Position numbers and translations under genes: made by a program
Assembly (NCBI GenBank): GCA_013115125.1
Contig: JABANN010000145.1
Span: 1-62,203 of the forward strand
DNA: 62,203 nt
Direction of reading: 5' to 3'
Source: Perkinsus olseni
Lineage: Eukaryota
The notes under the pieces: generated by a model
The model's input: the letters and a program-made list of their open reading frames with translations, nothing else
The model's database searches: none
What the model was told of the DNA's origin: nothing
In this document: positions 1 to 11,944 of the stretch, one piece after another
How positions within the stretch are numbered: the first letter of the stretch is position 1
How the letters are laid out: every line of letters starts with the position of its first letter

Positions 1-1129
1 AACTTTGGGGAGCAGGACTCGTCCCAAATGAGACAGCGGAAAAGAAAAACAACTTCGATCCAAATCTAACAACATTCAAGGGGTAATTGGAACAATAAAG
101 GCGTAAACTTAAATACGCAACATGCAAATCAGTAAAAAGCACTCTATTATAGACTCGCGTACGCACAATAATATCATGTAACTTTCTCTGCTCGAACTGA
201 ATCAATATCTTAGATTTTCGTATGGAATTGTTGAGTAAAGTATAAGTAAAGACCGGACGACACTTCTTAGTGCCATACACCAAATACCACTGAGTAACTA
301 TAGGATGGTATAAAGCTACATCTTCAATATTATTATCATCAAAATCATTCAACCATATCAACTTGCCAGCCTTAATCCATCTTTCTAGATAAGGCAAGGC
401 TTCAGCTGGCAACAAGTCGTTACCGAGCTTGCGATGGGGCTTCAGCTGCGACTTCACAGCAGCTACACTGGGTTTCACAATAGCACCCGGATTAATACCA
501 GTGAACACTCGTTTCTTACCGGTAGTACAATTTATAGCAATAGACACAGCAAAATATTCACTTTTATACACATACTCGTAATGACTCCACTGCTCAGGAT
601 AGTTAATCCAATCATCATCTACATAGGACTTCGCACATAATACAGAAAAATCCCTCAGACTCATCGTTCGTGCATCAGCAAGCACATCATTCAAGCTCGT
701 TGTCTGGGTGGCATAATTAGCTCTCTTCTCAATTCCACAAACATACCGTGGAGGTGAAATACTATAATCCAGAATAACTTGATTAGGAATAAGAAAGTCG
801 GTACCAAGAATAGGACAATACAGATAATCATAAGGTACGACCAAGAACTTGTGCGTGAACTTGACGTTCAACCACTCAAAGGAAATTATTACAGACCTAT
901 CCAAACTTACAGTACCAGTGGCTGTAAATATACACTTGGAACCACCATTTCGTACTATAATAGGCGTAGGATAAATATGACTAACCAACCGTTCTGGTAT
1001 CAAAGAGACCGTAGAACCACTATCCAGGATCATACTTAGAACCACATTACCACATTTAGTAGAAATCTGACTCTGTGAATTCCGGAGCATGCCCGATCCA
1101 ATAGGAACATGCTCCTCTACTCGTTTCCC
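1..1129 (-). CDS. pol: Pol polyprotein (aspartic protease + reverse transcriptase), partial, in the -1 frame relative to gag
   Basis: Manual translation: GKRVEEHVP...MILDSGSTVSLI (protease D-S-G), ILGTDFL, then TDLHVAYLSLRL and FSAVSFGTSPAP (RT motifs) in the same frame at the window edge. It is absent from the ORF track because it has no stop in the window. Confidence 0.9.
1084..1129 (-). promoter_or_regulatory. -1 programmed ribosomal frameshift signal (G GGA AAC + 7-nt spacer + stem-loop)
   Basis: The minus strand reads TCG GGA AAC GAG TAG. The heptamer at 1129-1123 is in the correct phase. The stem GGAGCATG (1115-1108) / CATGCTCC (1091-1084) begins after a 7-nt spacer, and the -1 frame is pol. 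Confidence 0.85.
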
Positions 1130-1989
1130 GATACCAGACTTCTATCACCAACATCATACCGTACCTTCTCTTCTTGCACCATATAAGACCTATCACCATC
1201 AGTGCCATCCTTCCCGGATTGATCATCTCGTTGAAGACCAGCAGAACAGTTCCTGGCTAAATGGCCTAAACGACCGCAAATATAGCACCGGTTATACCAG
1301 TATGGGTCTTGTCGCAATCGGCTTCCAGAACCCTTGCCACCACCTTTACGATAACCACCCTTACCATAGCTGATAAACCGGCCCTTGCCCTTGCCTTTTC
1401 CTTTACCACCTTGCTGCGAATACCCCTGACCATAATTAGCATAGAATACCTCATCAGCTGTCGAACTATCATCAACCGTCGAGTCATTCTTGAGAATTTG
1501 CGCACGCTGAACGCACTCTTCGAGTGTTGGCAGTTGCAGAACCCTCAGTTTTCTCGCAATATCTTGAGGAATGCCCCTTAAGAACTGGCCTTTGGCCACA
1601 CCATCAACCACCGAATCAGGAACCGAAGAGCCTTCTGCTGATAACATTCTTGCTGCCAAGTGCTTCAGATTATAGCTATAATCTAGTAATGACTCCGAAG
1701 GTAGCAGTAGTCTAGTATTAAAGTCCTCGAACACATCCTTCGTTAGTAATCTCTGGATAACCTGGTTCTTAATCTTATCCAAGTCCTTCTTGTCCTCCGC
1801 GGTCATAGCATCGTACGCAGCAAGGACTGAGTCTTCCAAGAATAGTGGGACATACTTATAGGTCTCTTCATCACTCCACGCATAATATGCCGCAATGCTT
1901 CGATACTTCTCGAACCATGCTTCAACTCTTGCTATCGTCAACCCATTACTGGACAAAGGGCTTGGGGTTACCTTCAACGTCGGGGCCAT
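1117..1989 (-). CDS. gag: Retrotransposon Gag with a CCHC zinc knuckle
   Basis: 290-aa intronless ORF with CYICGRLGHLARNC preceded by a G/K-rich segment. Capsid-like motifs WFEKY, ESLLDY and QFLRGIP are present. Confidence 0.9.
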   Translation of the reverse strand: MAPTLKVTPSPLSSNGLTIARVEAWFEKYRSIAAYYAWSDEETYKYVPLFLEDSVLAAYDAMTAEDKKDLDKIKNQVIQRLLTKDVFEDFNTRLLLPSESLLDYSYNLKHLAARMLSAEGSSVPDSVVDGVAKGQFLRGIPQDIARKLRVLQLPTLEECVQRAQILKNDSTVDDSSTADEVFYANYGQGYSQQGGKGKGKGKGRFISYGKGGYRKGGGKGSGSRLRQDPYWYNRCYICGRLGHLARNCSAGLQRDDQSGKDGTDGDRSYMVQEEKVRYDVGDRSLVSGNE

Positions 1990-2021
1990 TTTACTCTTAG
2001 TAACAAAATTTGGTGTTGAGA

Positions 2022-2039
2022 TATACCGTCACGTCACCA
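2022..2039 (-). promoter_or_regulatory. Primer binding site-like motif
   Basis: The minus strand reads TGGTGACGTGACGG just upstream of gag, complementary to a tRNA-like 3' end (...CCGTCACGTCACCA). The priming tRNA is not identified. Confidence 0.55.
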
Positions 2040-2309
2040 ACTATAACCAGACTTGTAGAGATCGGCGTTGAGAACAAGGCGCACAGGGCTTGCGCGACTC
2101 CCCCTACCACAGTACAATCACGGGCGTAGTACAGCTACTCGTCACGGCCGAGGTTGGCCTCCGGCGCCTGGTTATTAGACGACAAACAACAACATTGATT
2201 TTCCGAAGCCAAAGCAACACAGACTGTGGAAGCTCTCAGCGCTCGAGAAGGCGAGTCTTATTTTATGGCTAGCGAGATGACGAATCGAGCGGCTGAAGTT
2301 CGGGTCACA

Positions 2310-3248
2310 ATGAAGTGGACTTCGACTATCTCGGCCCAGCTCGTAGCGGTCGGGGCTCCTGCCACTGGAGATTGGCTTGTCCTGACGCCGGGCGTGTATG
2401 TGAGTGACAAACAGCTGCCAAGTGGCGATAGCATCAGTCTGAGATTCCGCGAAGATCAGACACTGCAGGTCAGATTTACGACGAAGGGCGGTCTTTTCCC
2501 ATCGCCTGAATTGGAAGGGCGCTCCACTGAAGGGGAGCGTTACCACCTTGAGCCGTCGTCAAGTCATTTCGGCGGAGACGGCAGGAGGTTCGGCGGCTTC
2601 TGCAGGAGAATGAACAATCTGTTGGGGATGAATATGCATTTCCTGTCTTTCTGGGTCTCGAAACGAGGGGACGAGTTGTCCCTAGACATCGCTGGCGAGA
2701 AATGCCCTCTCCGATGGACAAACGGCTCAGCTACTGAAGGATACTCGGGGGCTGCAAGGAACGGCTTCTCTAGTTCGCTGAAGAGGAGAGCTAGTCACGA
2801 CGGTGATGCGCCACCACCACCAACAAAGAAAATAGCACTAAAAATAAGAGTGACACGCCGTGAGCAAGTGAACTTCCTTACTGCTCTGGAACGGGTAACC
2901 CCTTTGGTTGGCAATTACTCGGGAAAACACACGCAACGCTGTACGGTTGGCATAAACGTGGAGATCGTCGGTATACTCATGGCGAAGATCCAGCTGAAGC
3001 CCTTCGTCAACGAGAGAGCCCAATCAACTGGCGTGATGATGTTGAAAAAAGACACCACAGCCAACCACGGTTGCTTTGAGGTCGATAAATACACTCCCAA
3101 GGACACGGCTGTGTTCATCTGGGCGACTCAGGCGACGGCTTATAAGTTTGTCGCCGTCCCAACGACGATGAAGATCTGCGAGGCCCCCATTTCGGGGATG
3201 GAGGTCGTTTTGGGAGGCGAGAGAGTGAAATTCAACCGTGTGGTGTAA
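2310..3248 (+). CDS. Lineage-specific hypothetical protein, 'PGVYVSD' family copy 1
   Basis: Intronless ORF with probable ATG at 2310 (MKWTSTISAQLVAVG). It shares LxPGVYVSDxQLP, LVGNYSG and CTVGxNxExVGILxAKxQLKPFV with the ORF at 3825. Confidence 0.75.
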   Translation: MKWTSTISAQLVAVGAPATGDWLVLTPGVYVSDKQLPSGDSISLRFREDQTLQVRFTTKGGLFPSPELEGRSTEGERYHLEPSSSHFGGDGRRFGGFCRRMNNLLGMNMHFLSFWVSKRGDELSLDIAGEKCPLRWTNGSATEGYSGAARNGFSSSLKRRASHDGDAPPPPTKKIALKIRVTRREQVNFLTALERVTPLVGNYSGKHTQRCTVGINVEIVGILMAKIQLKPFVNERAQSTGVMMLKKDTTANHGCFEVDKYTPKDTAVFIWATQATAYKFVAVPTTMKICEAPISGMEVVLGGERVKFNRVV

Positions 3249-3824
3249 TTTCATGACCCTCTTCATGATGTTATGGTGTCACGTGTTGTGAGTTGATTGG
3301 CCTCGTTGAGTCAAAGAGATACACTATTGATACACTCAGTCGGGCAACAAACTGAATGGCACTGGTTCCAACGCGGGGTGAAAAAGAACGGGTGGACTTG
3401 AGTGGCCCGCAAGGAAGCACTTCGATACCCCTCTTCCTTCCGATGGAGTCGGCACCAGTCGTCCTGATGTAGTCTGGAAGTGCTCGCGAGCCGGTACAAG
3501 CATTTTACGTTGCCAACAGACGAACTCAAAGCGTGATTGTGATCGCGATGAGTGATGTGACCCAGACGACACTGCGCTTGTCATGCGCGGCCGCACACCA
3601 CAGGTTAAGCACCAACGAGCATCCATGCCGTCGTAAAATCTGTAACAGCCTCGGTTTATGATACACCGTGTATCATACACGGCTCACCCTGCATTCACAC
3701 CCTACGTTTCAGTAATTAGGAGGCGGAAATCCCCCTGCGCTCGAAAAGGCGAGCCTGATCCGAGGGCAAGCGAGATGGCGACTCGAGCGACTGTGGCTGT
3801 TGTGGTTTTCCCGTCTCTTGCATC

Positions 3825-4742
3825 ATGCTGTGGACTATCCCAATTCAGCTTGTTGCTGCTGTCGGGGCCTCTGTCGCAAGACCGAGGTTTTACTTGGAAC
3901 CGGGCGTGTATGTGAGTGACGATCAGCTACCCGGTGGTCATAACATCACCGTAGCGGTGGCAGAAGAGCAGACGCTGCAGCTGAGGGTCGACACGAAATA
4001 TCGAGTTCTCGAATCGCCGAAGCTTGAGAGCTACCCAGTCAATGGAGGTTACAGAGGCCTTGTCCAGGAAGGCGGCAAGAACGCGTTGTTCCGCGGCTTC
4101 TGCGTGAAGCTGAGGAACCTCTTGGGTGTGTACGTGGTGATGGATTCGATTAAACTGTGGCTGCGAGAAGATCACTTCTCCCTCGAGATCGGAGGGAAAG
4201 AATGCCGTTTTCCTTTGAAGAAGACCTCCACTCTCATGACACATGCAGGCGGTGCCAAGGGGGTCGGCGATTCTGCCTCGCTCAAAAGGAAGGCTGTGGG
4301 TGACGAAAGCCGGCCACCGAAAACTGCGAAGTCCTTTCCGGAACTAACACCCGTCCAACTAGATCACATCACGAAGGAGCTGTACACCTTCGCCGCTCTG
4401 GTTGGGAATTACTCGGGCGAATACGCGGGAGGTTGCACTGTTGGTGTGAACTTGGAAGTCGTCGGCATACTTAGAGCCAAGCTCCAGTTGAAACCCTTTG
4501 TTGATCAGCAAGCCATTTCGACAGGCGTAATGAAGTTGAAGAGAGAAGGGCTGAGAGCTAATAGTTGTCTCATAGTGTACGAGTACACCCGCGAGGACGC
4601 AGCCGTGTTCCAGCACGTAGCGAAGGCCACTAGCTATAGATTCGTTGCCAGTCCATCTTCGTTCAAAATATGTCCATTTGCTGAGAGAACATTTGAGATC
4701 CTCGTCAATGGCAGGAGAGTGAAGCTGATCCGCATGGAGTGA
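3825..4742 (+). CDS. Lineage-specific hypothetical protein, 'PGVYVSD' family copy 2
   Basis: 305-aa ORF, tandem paralog of 2310..3248. A third, truncated copy lies at 50512. Confidence 0.8.
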   Translation: MLWTIPIQLVAAVGASVARPRFYLEPGVYVSDDQLPGGHNITVAVAEEQTLQLRVDTKYRVLESPKLESYPVNGGYRGLVQEGGKNALFRGFCVKLRNLLGVYVVMDSIKLWLREDHFSLEIGGKECRFPLKKTSTLMTHAGGAKGVGDSASLKRKAVGDESRPPKTAKSFPELTPVQLDHITKELYTFAALVGNYSGEYAGGCTVGVNLEVVGILRAKLQLKPFVDQQAISTGVMKLKREGLRANSCLIVYEYTREDAAVFQHVAKATSYRFVASPSSFKICPFAERTFEILVNGRRVKLIRME

Positions 4743-5722
4743 TTTAACGACTTTTCATGTGATGTTGTGATGTCATGTAACACGGATTGGTTGCCTTTGT
4801 TAGTCGGATATATTCTACCGGTGAGGTCTCTTCATTCTTCGCACGATCAGGCGACGAAAACAGGTTCGAGCTCCCCCGAATCGCGCGACTCTCGAGCTCG
4901 AACGTCGGGTTCGGCCGCTCTCGCGAGGATTCCACAGAGTAGAAGCCCCCCTGACTTGTACAATGACAGGTTGATCCGAGTTTATTGTTTATCTTGTGAT
5001 GAGGTGATCGACCCCATGCTGTGGGAACAGATTAGAGGTCCCTGCCGTGAGGTCGACACTGCAACGCCCATACAGAATGCTCAATGAGCGAATTCTGCAT
5101 AATGCAATGCGGACTGCGTTGCTCAACACCGTTCAGTGTGGACCGATGTGATGAACGAAAGTCGGAGTGGCCAGTGATGGTGACGCTGTGCGTCGAAGTT
5201 CGGGGATTGACTTTACTCCCTCGATACTCAACAAGTGGCATAGAACGGAAACGCTCACACAAACATGTGGAAACACTCAAAGAGCTGCTTCGTGAGATCT
5301 TCTCTCTATGGGCGACACTCTCGGCCGTTCCCTTGCAGACTCCTCGTTGGCCCGCCGTATGAGTTTAGCAAGCCGATGCTTCGTTTTAGACAGCGAATGG
5401 CTTATTGGTATGAACCTGACAATTTCCCACGGGAATCTTTTTACGCGACGAGTGAAATTGTGCGTACAAATTCGTTAGGCAAGATCGAAAAACGGTGCTA
5501 TTAGGAGAAATTCCGAGTCTCAAGCTCCGTAATGCCCACTCTAGGACGAAGACAAACATGTATTAGAACAAACGAATCGATCACCGTTTCATAACATCAG
5601 CGATGTTACATCATGGCGAGCGAAAAAACAAGATACGCCCCAAGGCAAAAATACCGTCATCAAAATATGGCGAATCAAAATTAACTAAAATGAATCAAAA
5701 ACCGAAAAGGCGAAAATAGGCA

Positions 5723-8026
5723 TCAGTTCCACGCGATTGATGTTTTGTCATCTACACACTTCAGTGGTGGCGTCCGCCCGAGGTTCAACTTCACAGCCAG
5801 GAGACTTCTGATTTTCGGTGCTAGTATATTCAGCTTCCGGTGAACCTCCTCCGGGTCATGATCAGAGTTGAGATTGTAGAATATCCGATGGGTCCTGACA
5901 AAACAGAAATGCATGTGAGACCGAATTAACAGCGCCGCTGTTGCCGGACTCAGCCGGCTAGCGGCTACAATGGCGAAGGCGTGGAAAGGAGATTTCGCAG
6001 CTACACCACTCCGGCAATTGAAGTCGACAAAAATGAGAAGTACATCACTTGCAACACGTGAGGGAAGTTGGGGTCGGTGTTGAACACACGAAGAGGGTGA
6101 CACAGCATCCCTGAGCTACCCTCGAGGCCCTTCAGAATGTATCTTGGCAACACTAACACTGGCGCCGTCCAGCATAGACCACATTATCTGCGCACTATTA
6201 GAGGTTAATATCCCGTCCAGATGTTCCTGAGCGAACCCATCGCCCCCGATGTAGCCTGATAGTAGTACGCTGATGATGGACCTCGTGCGGAGCTTCCTCA
6301 TGGCCCTGTGCCTCGCGATGGGATCGGTGATAACTTCGCCAACAGCAGGCTCACTCTGCCGCAGTACCTACATCACGTACCATCCCCTGCCGGATTCACT
6401 TCTAGATCATACGTAGGCCGCCATCGGCGTCTTACTCGAACATTCAACTTCTTTTCTTCCCGGATCTTCGACCGCAGCCTCGACTCCAGTGTATCCCTCT
6501 CCGCTTCTGAAAAACCACGCTTGCCGCAAACTCTCTATTACCGAAGCCCACGTGACAACATCTTAGTCTCCTTCTTCACGTTGGGAGATTCTGTCTGGAA
6601 CGGCGGTGGGTACCTGAGGACTATCACCTCCCCTCTAGGTGACGGCAGTCGTACATCTCGCCGCCGGGCTCTCGCTCTTGGCTCTTCTTAACTCTGGTCA
6701 TGTACTTGGCAACTTTTGCTGGATCGGGCAAACTGATCGACAGGGATTGAAGGCCTCAGTCAGACTCCATCGCGCAGGCCTATCGAGGCGGGAGAGACCA
6801 TCAACGTCAACCGGTTCAGCACTCAACCGAGGTACTCAACTGATGAGTTCATACCGTAAAACCGCCAAATCATAGCCGGAGGTAACCCCAACCACTGCTA
6901 CTTATTCTCTTTCAGCCACTTCAGCTTCCTGTCCATCATTCTTTTCCTATGGCATAATTCTTGCAGTCGTCGCGCATCCTCATGCAGGAGGTCCTGATAG
7001 CGGGGCTCGTGACGACGGGACTCGTAGCTGAGAGAGAGAACTCATACTCGGAGAAAATCTCAAAGCCAACTCACCCCCACAGACGGTCTCCAGGCTCACT
7101 CCCCCGGCCATCACCGAACTGTTGCTCGCCTATCATGCAACATCGAACCCGCACTCAAGACCACAACCCACTACCACTAGGCTCCCTAGCGGTTTCGACT
7201 ACCGCTGTGTTGCGTCCAGCTTCTGTCATCCCTCGACGAGACAAAAGTTTCTCATGCCTGTTCACTCGGTGTCATTACGATGAAGCCCCTCGGTCGAACA
7301 TCCTACTCCTCTTCCAGTAGGACCTTCTCCGCCTGCAACTTTGCCGCCTTCTGGGCGTTTCGAGCCATAATAGGACCAGCAACAGTCGACTTCGACCCGC
7401 GCCTGTGAGCAGACGATATTCCCCACGACATACTGTGAGGAGGTGCTCACAGTTTTAATGAGCCCGGGATCTTCGGGTCGAATGGTGCAGCGCTGGCGGC
7501 GTTCTTCCAGGCCTGTTTTGGCGTGACGTTGCCCTTGGCAGCTTCCTGACGGAACTGAGTCGTCCTCAATCCCAACCGGCCACCCTCACCTCACACGCCC
7601 GCCCTATGTGAGCCAGCTCAGTGGACAGATACTGCTCATTTAGCTTCTGCCAGAAGTCCCGACGACTTCGTACCATACCGGCGAAGGATCGTCGTTGGAG
7701 GGAAGAGCAGCCATGCATGAGCATTCCCAACCACTTAGTGACTGCAATAGGTATATCATGTTCAATAACAGTGGGCCATTCATTTTTGCTACCACATTTC
7801 CGACAACTCTGGGAGGAAGAACCCCACTGCCGGGGTTTGTTCTCAAGCCAAACTCCAGTGAGACCGCTCCACAAGGGCTCGTAGTACATTCCCCGACGAG
7901 CAAGAGGCTGCGTGAGGAGCGATCCTGACGTGTTGTGAAGTTCGGAATGATCGCAGCTGACCCGACTGTTAGATTCACTGTAATCAACTCAACACTCGTA
8001 AGGGCTGCTTACAACCGAAACGCCAT
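5723..8026 (-). CDS. Multi-exon RbfA (ribosome-binding factor A) domain protein with a long N-terminal extension, probably organellar
   Basis: The C-terminal exon HRKLNILAPKIRSLLAVKLNLGRTPPLK matches the RbfA KH-like signature. Upstream exons join through ~45-50 nt GT-AG introns from MAFR at 8026. The 3' end may extend below 5723. Confidence 0.6.
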
Positions 8027-8485
8027 CCGTCGTTGTTGTTGTTGTTGTCAAGGCCGCTGGTAAAATCACTGCAGTCCACAGTAGGTGTCTGGCGATGACA
8101 TGTTCAGGTCAATTGTTGTTGTTGATACTCGCGGCAGTGTAACGACGAACGGCACAGGCCGAGAAGGAGGAGGAAGGGAAGGGGCTTCGACTACGACTTA
8201 TAATAGCAGCCAGCGGAGAGCCTCGACGCTTGCTGGTGCGAAGGGACGCCCCTTGTGTCAGATTATAGACCCCCAATCAGCTGATACCACTCCAATCGCT
8301 ACTCTTACCACCAGTAATAAAGAGGGAAGAAGGCAAGTTGGGCAAGTTGCGATGCCCGGCAAGTATGATGATGATGATTCTACTTCGCAATGATACGATA
8401 ATCGTCCAGTAACAGTCTCTTGGCGAGGGCAATTGAACCACCTTTACAGCAGCCTGCTGGTCGACGACGAGGAAGAGTAAGCCTT

Positions 8486-9648
8486 TTACTGGACCTTGTT
8501 GTAGTGCCTCTGCACGGCCGTGTTGATGTAATCGACGATGATCAACACCAACATCGAGTGGGGAGCAATACGGATGTAGTAGGTGGGGAAGCCTCGGTAG
8601 AATGCAGTTGGGCCCTCAGTCTTCATAGTCTGACAAATAGGGGATAATAATCTCGCATCGGAATCGCTACCACTCCTCACCTTCACGATGCAGTCCCAGG
8701 TTCCCTTGTAGGGCATAACACCGTTAACGTCAGGCTTCATCTTCTGTATCCTGGTCTTGACGAAGTCGAATGGCAGAGACATGAAGGCAGCACCAAAGCC
8801 AGAACAGGCGGACGCAGTGAGAGTGGCAGCCCAGCCAGGACCGAACTTAGCGGAGAAGTACTCCTTACCCTACACGAAATGAGACCGGTTTGGTTCAGAA
8901 TTTGGTGGGGGAGTGGTACTCACCTGGTCGAACGTGGAAAGCATTCCGACGTTCAGTGCCATGGCCCTGACGACGGTTGGGAGGGATCCGGACCAAAGGC
9001 CGGTGACGCCTTCCTGCTGGACGATCTGCTTCAACGCATCGAAGACTCCCTTATAGTTACGACGCTCAGCGACGGGAAGCGTGGCATCAGCCTGAATCAA
9101 CCTAAGATACCCTCCCATCGATACAAGAGCATCCCACCTGCAACCTGACGAGGGCGAGATCTGCAGGAGTGCCGACGAAGGAGCCGACAGCGCCGGCGAA
9201 GAGCCCAGCAAAGGCCTTCTTCCAGAAGGGAAGGGTCTTCTCGTCAGGCCTTTGGAGGAAGGACGACGTTAGACGGAAGACACCCAGCCGAGTGGTCGTG
9301 TAAGTGAGCTGGCGAACGATGCCAGCGTCTAGGCCCTGAACGACGAGGCTGGCTGCGGCAGTCCCTGCTCAGTGATGGTACCTTGTAGAGGCTGAGGAAG
9401 CCCTCGTCCTTAATGATGTGGGAAGCGATCGAGAACGGGTTCTTCGAGGCCCCTGGGGGTGCGATCTGGATCCGGACCTGCAGCGAGCTAGGTGGTCATA
9501 ACAAAATAGAAAGATACGCTCCCATCACCTTGACCATATCGATGGGTTGAATACAGCAGGTGGCGAGGCAGCCTGCCAACCCACCCGAGGCGAAGGGCTG
9601 GGTAACCTTCAGCCACTGAGGACGGTTATCTACTTTGGCGACGGACAT
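8486..9648 (-). CDS. Mitochondrial carrier, 2-oxoglutarate/malate (dicarboxylate/tricarboxylate) type, 6 exons
   Basis: Three PX[DE]XXK/R carrier motifs (QPIDMVKVRIQ, TPADLALVRLQ, LPFDFVKTRIQ). The subfamily-type segments RQLTYTTTRLG, PTVVRAMALN and FPTYYIRIAPH are also present. Confidence 0.93.
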
Positions 9649-10562
9649 TCGGAAGAAGCAAGAAAGACGTGGTACTAGGAAAGGAGAGAACGACGACTAG
9701 CAACTATGGGTGCTCAGAACCACCTGCCCCCGATCGAAAAAGTAATTCTGAAACTCAGAGTCGATCCTGGAATTGATTTTTACACGGCAGATGCGGGGGA
9801 ATCGATTCTGATTCTCACAATTGATTTTTCGCCCGAATTCGCAATCCTCCATCAGAGTGTCTCTTTGCAATCCGGCAATTTCACAGCCATCCAGGGGTGG
9901 TTCGATGATCGAACTTCGATCCACCGCACAATTACTGTGTTGTCCCATGGTCGACCTCGGATACTCGCACTCTCCTCGCCACCAATTCTCGAAATCAATT
10001 TCTAGCGAAATCTCGAGTAAGTTAGCGCCCCCGCCACTTTGTATGTTGATCATTCTCCATGCGAGGTGTTAGGACGCGCTATCCGTCCCTTGCGCACGCC
10101 ATTATAATCGATTTATATCGCGCAAACAAACGGCAAAGGTGAAAATCTAAAGAACGCTAGCAAATAAAGGAAAAAGTTAGTTTAGAAACAGAAAAAACTA
10201 AAGAGAGTGGCATTGAGAGCGACGCTCGAAAACCAGAAATCCGACTCAGGTCGCCCTCCGGCCGACCTTCACCTAAAACCCGAAGGTCGAGATCGTGGGT
10301 ACAAGAGACTGCATTCGTCAACTTTCTTTCACGGCGCGTCGGGACCTTTCCACTTGGTAACTCTACAACAGATAATGACTGCCCAGAATTCTGTCAAGTG
10401 AAATTTGGAAATCCCCACCAGGGTGGGCCAGTGTGTGACGAGGCCCTTGTCACACCGAGTCATATCGAGTGTCATCGCCAATGGCTCATCTGAGATCGCA
10501 ATTGGGACTGAAGCAGAGAGTTTGTGAAGAGCTATCATGATGAGCAGTTGGTTCCGTTATCA

Positions 10563-11762
10563 ATGTCACCTGAACAGTTCATCATCGGAGCTGCAGCTGC
10601 TGCCATCACACTCCTCTCGAATTCCCCCCTAGTTGACGCCATCGGGGCGATTGCCCCCGAAACTCCTACTTACGTAAGGGTAACCTGTGTAACCGGTGTA
10701 CTTCTACCTGGCCTCCCTTTCCTTCTCTTGACTAGAACATTGCTGTTTTTGCGTGCGCATAGAATCCAACCTCATCCCGAGTACATATGAAAACGAGGGA
10801 AGTATCACTCACCGATGGGGATCTTGCGAAGGCTCTATGTATCCGCGCAACTCACCTACTGATGCGCGGAAAACCGTCAAAATTTCTTCGGTAAAAAATA
10901 GGTTGACTAAGCCTTTCATTCGTGGCCTACAGACCTTCGGGTTCGAACTTGGGAGTCTAGTTTTGCTACGATTTTGGAAGTGCCTCTGTGGCCTCCTTTG
11001 GTCACGAATGCTCAATTTCAAATCGTCAGCGGGTGGTCGAAGGCATCGTCTTCATGTGCCTTTCAGGATTATCCTCCTTGGCGCTCCGATCGCTCCTACT
11101 TTGATACCTGGACGAACGTAACTCATTGTGATTATAGTTACTTCCACTTGAGTGGCCGTTTGGCGTCTGTTCAAACGGACGTCATCCGAATAATGGTTGA
11201 GAACTACAGGATTCTCACCGACCTCATGTCTTGTCCCAGGACTACCACTAGCCCAAGCTTTGAATCGTAAGCATGGGTTGCGGAGTATGCGCTCTATTCT
11301 GCTTTTCTATGTTACAGATTCTCCATGGGCATGGGCGTGTTTGGATGGTTTATTCCGGGCGGAGGTGAGCTAGCTTTCCCGAAAGAAACCGGCCTAGACC
11401 CCCTCCGGATTATCAATGACAGCAGCATTCGTGAAATACAAATGAGGCTGAACTTGGCGGCGAGTAAGGTGCAATTTAAACCCTATTTTGACCGAGACTC
11501 TGTCCCGCCGGCTGACTGTGATTATAATGAAGAGGCGTTTTCTTCCAACGGCGACGACGAAAAAGTGATACTCCAGCATAGCTTCAATGCGCAAAGGAAA
11601 TTCGACTCGACAGTTGCAAGTACTGGGCTCCCCGTTAAGGAGCTCGAGGAGGTGTGTTCAACTGTACTACATCTTGTTAAGCAGATATTCAAAGATTTCA
11701 ATCAATTATGCGCCGCTCATTACACAGCCTCGGTAAAGGACTTTGTTAGACAAGACGCTTGA
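10563..11762 (+). CDS. Hypothetical secreted-type protein, 'MSPEQFIIG' family copy 1 (multi-exon, possibly decayed)
   Basis: Hydrophobic N-terminus MSPEQFIIGAAAAAITLLS. The last exon LNLAASKVQFKP...LEEVC is homologous to 35852..36235. It lacks a segment present in copy 2. Confidence 0.55.
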
Positions 11763-11896
11763 AAGGTTAGCCCCTCCGCGGGTAGAATGAGCGAGTTCGG
11801 GTGCGGCAAGTGCGGCCAGAAGAATGCGCTAATGTTTATGAATCCTTGCACTCCCTGAGTTCTTATCTTTTTTTATATTTCATGAGCAATGAATGG

Positions 11897-11898
<2 letters not shown>

Positions 11899-11943
<45 letters not shown>
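11899..11943. repeat. (GAT)15 microsatellite
   Basis: Perfect GAT x15. Confidence 0.95.

Positions 11944-11944
<1 letters not shown>

Larger units (their letters stand above)
1..2194 (-). mobile_element. LTR retrotransposon, 5' part (candidate LTR, PBS, gag, protease, start of RT); runs off the window start
   Basis: On the minus strand: TG-starting candidate LTR at 2194, PBS-like TGG motif at 2039, gag with a CCHC knuckle, then a -1 frame pol with aspartic protease and RT motifs. Confidence 0.9.

Noticed and set aside
7566-7680. FWQKLNEQYL resembling a BEL/Pao integrase tail
   Set aside because: It is bounded by normal short introns and joins the RbfA-domain gene; no integrase core lies nearby.
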